Assembly (NCBI GenBank): GCA_000165425.1
Contig: CT868108.1
Span: 553,081 to 573,080 of the forward strand
From: Paramecium tetraurelia
Taxonomy: Eukaryota
Reading direction: 5' to 3'
Length of the DNA: 20,000 nucleotides
The position numbers and the translations under genes are program-made. Each line of letters opens with the position of its first letter. Within the stretch, counting starts at the first letter, position 1. Under the pieces are notes generated by a model that searched no databases, was not told where the DNA came from, and saw only the letters and a program-made list of their open reading frames with translations. This document shows, piece after piece, positions 11,613 through 20,000 of this stretch.

Positions 11613-14600
11613 TCATATTTTATTAACTTTCTCCTTAAAATTTCCTACTTTTCTTCCTTTTGAATACATTCCAACATATGTGATTTTATTTCTCAAATTA
11701 TAGCTAGACAGATATATACAAGAGAAAATTTTAATCTATTTCAATACATGGACCATCCTTCATTTCTTCTTCATCATAGTTAACTTTTCCTCTAAAATGG
11801 TTTCATTTTTTCATATATTACATTTCTTTCCAAGAATTAATCTATTTTTGAAATATTTACCATATCCATTCACCTTTTTTTTGACCTTAATGATAATCCC
11901 CCTTCCAACTAGTTATATAATTTCTAACAAATTATTAATATTTTACCTAAATCCTCTATCATCAAATTAGACCCAATTTCCATGTTTCTTGCCCTCTTAA
12001 GTATATTCACCTTATTCGCTATTTAATTCTTTTTTAATAAATACATTATAAGGTTTGTCTCCCTTGTAATTTACCACTATTTTATTTTAACCCCATTTAT
12101 ATATTATCCATGATCTAAAAAATTATTGAAGCTTCTTTTTTTAACTTTCTTACTTCCAAAAATGATCGTTTGGCTCCACCCATTCTTTATCTTTCATACC
12201 ATTTTGGTTATATTCTCCCTTTCCTCTTTTTGTAAATACTATTAATACATTTGTTAAAATGCATTCTATTTTAAGTGTCTAAATTTGATCTCACAAAAAT
12301 TGATTTTTATCCCACTGTAATATTCGACATTATATATTAGTTAACGAGATCTAAATATTTTGTTTTGGAACCTACAAAACTCATCATCAATGTCTATCCA
12401 TGATTGTACTTTTCTGCCATTTTCATAAAAACCTCCTCCGCTAAGCTTATTAAATTATCACTACATTTCAACGAATTGTTCATTCGATTATTCTCTAAAG
12501 TATATTTACCACATTCCTTCCTTAATTCCTTCTTTGTAAATGCCTTTATGAAGTATTTAGCAATATCTTTTATATTTTTTATGTACTCTTTGAAATTATC
12601 CGCAATTTCTATCCAACTACCCTCCTTCCAACCTTATTTAAGGTTACCAACTTCTCTTGAATAAATATGATAATTTTATACAAATCTTCGAATTCTAATG
12701 AAGAACCATTAATTTTTCTCAATCTTATTATTTTCTAGCCTTGTATTAGGTCATCTTAATAATTTGCAAAAATTATCAATTAAGTAGAACTGTTCCGATA
12801 TTATTAAGCATAATTACTCCTCAAAATTTTTTGCCAAATCTTCCCATTTACCTTATTTTTTTCCTTTCTCGTCATAATCCCCGCCTCCTCTAAATTTTAT
12901 AATTATTTCAAAATTACATAATCTCAATTGAACAGTGATGATTGTATCTATATTTTATTTGCCATTAGCTAATTTTTTGTCCATTATAATATTTTCCTTC
13001 ATTAAATGTTTAGCAATTTCTGAATATTTAGGAAGCATACTCATTATAATTTTCATGCAGTTCTACCCAGTTTCCAATCTTTAAGCCGTTTCCATCATAA
13101 TCACCACCTCCACTTAATATGTAATGAAATTTTACAGGCTTTCAGTTTTCTTTTCGAATTATCCTTTATTCATTTTTTTTATCTTCTCTAACAAAGACCA
13201 TTTTCCATTTTTATTTCCGTCTTTATATTCTCCAGACCAAATAATTTTACATTTTCTTTAAAAATATAGGAAAATTAAAACTCTGAAAAACTATTTGTTA
13301 GTTCAGTCCATTATCCAAATTTTATCCCTTCTTAGGTATAATTTCCTTCGCAACTAAATGTTTTAATGAATCGCATCGTACATTTTATTAAATCTTGTTT
13401 TTTCGTTCCTTCTAAATAATACATTCCATAGTCCATGTTTTATTCCATTTTTATAGGACCCTGTCAAAACAACTTAGAAATCTCTTCCAAAATTATACTC
13501 AATTATACTCTTTAAAATGTTTGCTTAATTCAGTCCATTCACCTTATTTTAATTAGTTGTGATCATAGGTTCCTCCTCCTCTAAAGGATGAGAATATATT
13601 GATACATTATTTTACAATTTCTACTTAAAGGTTCAACCCATTCATAATTCCACTAATGAAATTTTTAGCCATTTAGATAATGGCCTGAGTAGATCACGAA
13701 AATTTGACTTTAAAATTAACTTAATCATACGGTTTTATGTATTTGCAGAGCTTTGTCCAAACTCCTTATTTACTTCCATTCTAATTGAATTAACCTCCTC
13801 CTCTAAAATTGTAATAAATTTACATTTTCATATTGTTGTAGACAATATTCCACTCCCCTTATTTGTTACCACTAAGATATGAGCCAATTTTAAATCCCTA
13901 TTATTCCATTATTTGATATTTTACTAAAATTGACGATTTGCAAAATGAAAAACTTTGATTCAAATATTTCTTGTATACAGAAGGGAATTCATCATCATCA
14001 TATAAATAATTGATTCCGCTTTAGTTAGCAAAGAAATTTATACATAGATCTTAAAGATTGGTCACATTTGATAAAGCATATATCTTTATCAATAACATTC
14101 TTATAGATGATTTCCCAATCAAAAAAATCAAATCTTTTTTAAACACCAATTGATTACTTTACTCTCTTCTCCAATTCAACCCATTTTCCAATTTTTTCTC
14201 CTTTGCTATCATACCTTCCTCCTCCTCTATAATTACTAATATAAAATTATCTACATAGTTCTCCATTCTTCATTTTAATTTCTTCTATGCAGAATATTCC
14301 ATTAATTACACTTAACACCATTATTGTACTCCCCATTATAAATAATTTAGCATTTACTAATGTTAAATATCAAATCAATAAAAACTTTGAGAAATTTTTG
14401 TCAATTTTTATCCATCTTCCTGTTTTGAGGCCTTTATCATTATATTCGCAATTTTCACTCAGTTAATTTATTAGAATATTTTAAAATGATTCATTTCTAT
14501 TTTTTCTGTGTTTATATATAAAGTAGGAGTTTTTCAAGCCTTTTTAATACTATCCATAACAAACTATTTAGCATCCCCTTGAATAACACAGTAGAGTTAC

Positions 14601-14878
14601 TCTTAATCATTATGTACTATTTTGAAATAGGGGATTTTATCAGGATATTCACTTATCTAACAATTTATTATTACTTCGGAAAATAAAAATCATTTATGAT
14701 TTATTCTAGACAGTTTTGGAAAAAAAATTAAAAATCCATACAATTTGTAATCTATTTAGAACTATAATGCTCCGAATTTTTACCCCACAAATATTCTTGA
14801 AATAAGCTTTTATAAAGCATTCTTTCGACTATCCTAAATTTATGATTCAAAATTGCTTTCTAAATCTGTACTAGTCAT
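11613..14878 (-). CDS. MORN-variant repeat protein (about 13 two-exon units, GGGxYDxxGxKxGxWxEL / GxYxNGxKxGxW), 26-28 tiny introns
   Basis: Repeated units such as IGGGRYDSKGEKIGKWVEL, GGGDYDGNGLKIGNWVELHENY and WSGEYKDGNKNGKW. The frame is continuous to TGA 11613-11615 after removing phase-2 GT..AG introns. Start is ATG 14878 (needs one more 22-nt intron) or ATG 14820. Confidence 0.85.
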
Positions 14879-15108
14879 TCTCTTTTCTTTAAATGACTTT
14901 GAAATATTTTTAATAATTCAATAATATAAAATATTTTACAACTACTAGCTTTTACAAAACAACAAACAAACATTTAAAGATGGATGAAATAATTTTAATA
15001 GATTTAAAGTCTATTTTCAATGAATTTAAGTTAGATAATCCAATCTTTAGTAGTAATTGATTAAAAGCCTAAACTCGATCATTGTTTAATAAATCTAATT
15101 AAAAATAA
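14879..15108. promoter_or_regulatory. Probable bidirectional promoter region between the divergent MORN-like and TPR genes
   Basis: About 230 nt of AT-rich spacer between head-to-head start codons. Inferred from position only; no motif identified. Confidence 0.4.
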
Positions 15109-16323
15109 ATGCAAAATCTAATCTCTCAAGTAAAATGCAAGATGCACTTAGAAAATGAGGTGCAATTTGTTTGCATGAGTACAGAATGTATAGCCCCGAA
15201 ATTATGCTGCTTAAATTGCCAAGAAATGCATGATATGCACCATTCCCTTTTGAAAAATTTAGATCAAGCTTGGGAAGAAATATTATAACACAAATAAAAA
15301 TAGAACGAAGTCTAAAAAGATTTCGAGAATTTATGGTCATAAATGTCAGCCTTTCTTACTCAATGGGATCGCATAATAGATTTTAATAAGCTTTTAGGTT
15401 TTAATCTCACAATTAATAAAGCAAATGTTAGTGCGATTGGAGAAAGAATTAACTTAATCATTGACTTGTTAAGAACTTTTAGATATGATCTAAAAATATG
15501 AAGATTTGAGTTTCTTATTAGAGGAGAAAGCCAAAATGATCAAAAATAAATATTGTATTGCCTAACACTTTAAGATAAGGTCATTTTGACAAGGATAGTA
15601 AATTAGAAGTGGATGTAATGTTAGCACTATTTAATGAAGCAAGATAATTAAAAAAAAAAGGAGATAAGATAAATGCTATTGATAAATATTCCTAAGTGCT
15701 GGAAATGAATGAAAATTTTATTGTTGCCAGATTAGATAGAGGTTTAAATGATTAAATTTGATAAGTTAGGAAAACTGAATATGGGTTAGAATTATGAGCA
15801 AGCATAATTTGATTTTGAAGAGGTCTTAAAGCAAGATGACCTTGATGTTAGAGCTCTAAAGGGATTAGGTAATACACTATTTTTTGCTAGCTGTCTGTCA
15901 AAAAATGAAGTGCAATTATGGAGAAGGTTTATATTATGCTTTAAGAGGTCAAAAATTGAAATAAATATCTCCTCAACTACATTTTCACTTAGGTATTTTT
16001 TTTATCATATACAGCTGATTGTTGCAAGTTTGAAGGTAAAAGTTAAGAAGCTTTACACTTTATCAATATAGCAATTGAGTAGAAAAAAAGGAAATATGAG
16101 AATAAAATGAAAATATTTTATAAAAATAAAGGTAATTCTTTACTAAAGGTAGCTGAAATTCATTTAGAACTAAATGATTTACAAAATGCAAATATATTTA
16201 TAAACAAAGCATTAGAAATTTATCAAAATTATGAATTAGCAATAAACATAAAAGGTACTCTAAATCATTATCCTTATAGAGAGAATTAATAAGATAGCAA
16301 GAGCTTAGAATGTCATATTATGA
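15109..16323 (+). CDS. B-box-like zinc finger + coiled coil + about 5 TPR repeats; 7 phase-1 introns
   Basis: N-terminal CKMH..FVCMSTEC..LCCLNCQEMHDMH, then a helical linker, then TPRs (e.g. AEIHLELNDLQNANIFINKALEIYQNYELAINIK). Introns at 15398-15431, 15555-15579, 15742-15769, 15869-15890, 15993-16014, 16132-16152 and 16255-16279. The first two are less certain. TGA at 16321-16323. Confidence 0.82.
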
Positions 16324-16385
16324 AAAATTTAAGTGCTACCATAGATATTGAAATTTTTAATTGATTAAATTTCTTATTAAAATAA

Positions 16386-17702
16386 ATGATAGATAGTATC
16401 TTCCATAATATTGATATTCTCCAAATTCAGACAGAGAATCAAATCTAAAAAATATTTGATCACTTCCATAATTTAAAGTCCAAGGTTCTTGAATAGATGC
16501 ATTCAATCTAAGAAAATTTATAAAATTGGCATAAGGGAATCAATGCGCAATTTCATTAACTAAATAGAGAGGATGTAGGCTAAATGAAATTGTAATATCA
16601 AAAAATTTAAGAAGAAAATAAAAATTATATTGCTAAAATTTCTAATGCTCTAAACAAGATGAAGAATTTTGAGGAATACCAAAATTGTTTCAACATACTC
16701 TAAGGAATTCATAAGGAAAGTGGTGAAACTTAGACATTAATCAATACTATACCTTTATACAACAATGAATGCAATGCTATTGCTATCAATAAATCTGGAT
16801 CCTTGATTGTGACTGGAGATACAGAAAATATTAGCATTTGGGAATGCAAAGAAGGTAATATGAAAAAAGTTCAACAGATAACAAAACATTCAAATTATAT
16901 ATCTTGCTTAATTTTTAGCAGAAATATTAATTCATTTATTTCTGGATGTAAGGGTGGCAGAATTCATTTTTGGCAATAAACTGTTGGAATTGGAAATTTT
17001 ATATCTAAATCTGAATAATTTTAATATGGAGCAATAAATTGTATGATATTGAATAAAGAAGATGATCAACTTTTTAGTGGAAGCGAAGCTAATAAAATTA
17101 TTGTTTGGAAAGTAGATTTCGGAACATATCAACTAACCAAAATTTAAGAATTAGAAACAAATGCATAAGTTGAGGGTTTAGCATTAAACCCATCTGAATC
17201 GATATTGGCTTTCACATAAAATAATAAATAAATCTCAGTCTATAGAAAATAAAGCAACAAAAAGTGGTAGTTTCATTCAAACGCTACCAAAATCACTGAT
17301 GAATATGGATCAAGAATCTGCTTCTTATCTGATTAGAACTTTATATGGGTCACAGGAGGTTAAGGAGGAATAGATTCTATTTGCTTTTTTGGAGAAGAAA
17401 ATGGTGAATACAAAGAGACAGAAACGAAAATAAAACTGACAGATAATAAGAGTGAACATGATTTTCATAATTTTGATATAATTTATTAGAGAGAGAAAAA
17501 CATTTTAATTATTAAATAAAAATTTTAAATATGGATTATGAGAGCTATTTATAATGGGGAATTGGAAAAAATAAGTGTAATTTAATGTAATTCCAAAAGA
17601 ACATTTGGTATTTTAACTAATGACGGAAGTAAGTTAATCTTTTTTGAGAGAATTGATTTTAAATTTGGAAAATTTTATATATATAGTCTTGAGTTGAATT
17701 GA
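16386..17702 (+). CDS. Coiled-coil + WD40 beta-propeller protein, intronless, 438 aa
   Basis: Uninterrupted table-6 ORF. WD repeats: CNAIAINKSGSLIVTGDTENISIWE, KHSNYISCLIFS..SFISGCKGGRIHFWQ and INCMILNKEDDQLFSGSEANKIIVWK. It ends FGILTNDGSKLIFF..FYIYSLELN*. Confidence 0.9.
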
Positions 17703-19099
17703 ATTTTATGAGAGTTAGTAAACAATTGCATTTATTGAATATAAAGAATTTTATAATTATAATTTATAATTACTTGATTTTTTGATCTAGATAAACTAAG
17801 AAAAATACATATTTAAGTTATTTTTTTAGAACAAGCCATTATTATATTAACTTAATTTATAGTAGGTTTTTACATACTTTTGATAATAATCTATTTTGCA
17901 TTTGCTATGTGGTAGAGAGTTGCAGAGAAATTGAGATTTGAAGATAGGTGTCTGTAATATGAAAAGGAATGCTATAGGGTTTTAGCTTTTAGATAAAATT
18001 TCGAAATCAAAGACTTAAATAATATAATTATCAAATTCAAATACAATTGGTTGAATTTGTTTTTATTTTCATATAATTTAGATGAACCTAATCTTTTCTA
18101 AATTCAATGGATTTAATAGTTAAATTCAGTTTTGAAGTTATCCATAAGATAAATAAAGTTAGAAATTAAAAATAATTTAAGTTTTTCGTAATAAATTATT
18201 TTCTGCCCTTTTTTCTTGCATGAAACATACTTATATGGTTAAAGTGTACACAAATCATTAAAGGCACTGTGAGAGTTTTAAAAATGCCCGCCAAGATTGA
18301 CTGGATACTCAGATAAGAAATCTCCAAGAGACTTATATTTATTCTTCTGCTATTATCACCTGTATTAAATCATTTATCATAAAATTAATAATAATAGATA
18401 ATTTCCAGTCAAAGGGAATATACATAAATAAATTCAATTTATTTTGAACTTTGATTTACAATAGACAATGTTCCATATCCCATACTTTATAAGATTTAGA
18501 GTTTTTCTCACCTCCTCTTATTAATGTATAAATTTATCTTGCTTCACTTCAAGAAGATAGGCTCTAATGAGCATAAAATTTTTTGATTTATTAAGAGAAG
18601 AGATTTAATATTTTCTGGAATATCCCCTTCAAAATAGAATTAATAATTATCTTGAAAATAATTTTTGATCCTTAACTATATTTCAAAGATTTGTTGTTTT
18701 TCAGTTTAAAATTTGATAGTTTTACATATATGAATCAAATTCTATTAATTAAATAGAAAGAGCTACCATATTTTAATTTTTAGAACTTTATCTCTAATTG
18801 ACAATTCAACTTAGATTAATTAATTATTTTAATACTTTTAATTAACCTTATTTATAAAAATATTATGTAGATTCCCATTGATAACAGTTAAGCGACCCAT
18901 ATACATATACTAAATTGTTGTCAAGCTTAGATATGCTAATCTATTTAAAATATAAAAAAGGAATAAAATTTATTAGTAGTATGATATTGAAAATTTTATA
19001 TCAAAATGAAGACAGAATTACGAATTTATTTGATGGAAAAATTTTGTAGGATAAATAATGGAAAATTTACCTACAAAATTCATTTTAGAAGAAAATGTA

Positions 19100-20000
19100 T
19101 CAAAATTTGCATACTTATGTCGGTTTAATTGAATGTCCATTATAATTTTCTAAAATGACTTTGGGCAATTACAAGTTGAAATTCATAATAAGCCTGAATT
19201 TTTAAATATTTTTATCAAAGGTCTCATCGATAAGAGCTAGAGTGTTCTAAATTAAGGTTTCTGAACTGCTGAGATAATCTATGAAATCAGCGATTATCAT
19301 TGTTCTAAATGCATCTTTATCGGTATCAATAATTTGTAAAGCAAGGTTCTACCAAAAATGAGAATAATCATAAAAAGTCTATTTAAGAATTTCAAACTAC
19401 AATTTAAAAACATAAAACCCACCTTAGGAGTCTATTTTCATTTTTCGAAACATCTACTAACTCCTAACCGATTCGGCATCAGACATTCTCTCCTCAATTA
19501 TCGTTACCTCATCTCTTTTTTCATTCTATTTTTATTATTCCAACATCTTAAACAACTCACTATATTTCTCTTTGGATTAGCTTCTCGACTATGACTTTTC
19601 TATTTTCTTTCGCCTCTTACTAAAAGTTTTCTTCTTCCTCTCGCTGCGCAAACATAGTCAGACCAGTCTTATTAAATCAGTTAAATCTATCCTTTATCCA
19701 TATCTTCATAATATGACTCTAGGTTATCGATTTTGGATTTGTGTAGTAAGACATGATGTAATACATCAAGGTCATCTACCCATCAGGTGATAGATCTTCT
19801 TTGAGTTTACCTCTCCACAGACTACAGGGCTACTCATAACAAAAGCTTTGTTCATTTTATTTATCTATTCATTCAACTCCGTTAAAGAAGTTAGTACATC
19901 ATACAAATCTTCTTCCGATTCCTATAATCACAATTATTCATTATTTTGTTTGATCCTAGAGTTACCCATAAGGGGTCCTCCTCGCACCACTTTAGCTCTC
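19100..20000 (-). pseudogene. Disrupted coding-like sequence running off the window edge
   Basis: Visibly more GC-rich than its flanks and purine-rich on the minus strand. Protein-like pieces fall in different frames (ELKWCEEDPLWVTLG; MFAQREEEENFQQEAKENRKVIVEKLIQRE; KYSELFKMLE..FWQNLALQIIDTDKDAF..* at 19100). I could not join them with canonical tiny introns. Confidence 0.4.

Noticed and set aside
11613..14460. Periodic CCTCCTCC motifs resembling a CRISPR or satellite array
   Set aside because: They are the Gly-Gly-Gly codons of the minus-strand protein repeats.
14690..14692. Apparent in-frame TGA near the 5' end of the MORN-like gene (read-through, selenocysteine or nonsense allele)
   Set aside because: A 23-nt phase-2 intron (GTAATAATAAATTGTTAGATAAG), plus a 22-nt one if ATG 14878 is used, puts this region in another, open frame.
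14980..15060. ATG 14980 as the start of the TPR gene
   Set aside because: It hits TGA after 26 codons unless an unusually short 18-nt intron is invoked. ATG 15109 directly precedes the zinc finger.
15499..15501. Apparent in-frame TGA in the TPR gene
   Set aside because: Introns 15398-15431 and 15555-15579 bypass it and give a convincing helical sequence (VRLEKELTQSLTCQELLDMIQKYEDL). This still needs cDNA confirmation.
1767..17132. ORF-track entries 1767-1970, 12404-12664, 15095-15340 and 16932-17132
   Set aside because: They are antisense shadows of real genes on the opposite strand. Entries 4769-5038, 5209-5397 and 16107-16289 are fragments of larger table-6 genes.
17703..19099. Short minus-strand peptide fragments (e.g. 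FEGDIPENIKSLLL, SLGDFLSEYPVNLGG)
   Set aside because: They are interrupted by TGAs, cannot be joined and match no family I recognise. Too weak to call.
19754..19768. Inverted repeat TGATGTA-A-TACATCA
   Set aside because: Only 7-bp arms, a single occurrence and no supporting context.

Overview
AT-rich eukaryotic DNA from a ciliate, almost certainly Paramecium. Long reading frames open only if TAA/TAG = Gln and TGA = stop (translation table 6), and they are split by tiny 19-34 nt GT..AG introns. The supplied standard-code ORF track is therefore mostly fragments or antisense shadows. By hand I parse eight apparently intact genes: (1) an EBS/SHL-like BAH-PHD histone reader (487-1275 +); (2) a coiled-coil protein (1398-3508 +); (3) a dual-specificity phosphatase (3649-4700 +); (4) an MRH-domain ATG27/M6PR-like membrane receptor (4715-5511 +); (5) a secreted H-type-lectin-like protein (6287-7563 -); (6) a MORN-like repeat protein with about 26 phase-2 introns locked to the repeat unit (11613-14878 -); (7) a zinc-finger/coiled-coil/TPR protein (15109-16323 +); (8) an intronless WD40 protein (16386-17702 +). 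Two gene-poor stretches (7.6-11.6 kb and 17.7-20 kb) hold only broken ORF remnants. No IES is needed to parse any gene, which suggests macronuclear sequence. I found no clearly new multi-gene system. The best leads are the BAH-PHD reader, the repeat-locked intron architecture and one apparently exonised intron. All gene models are manual and unverified by database or transcript data.
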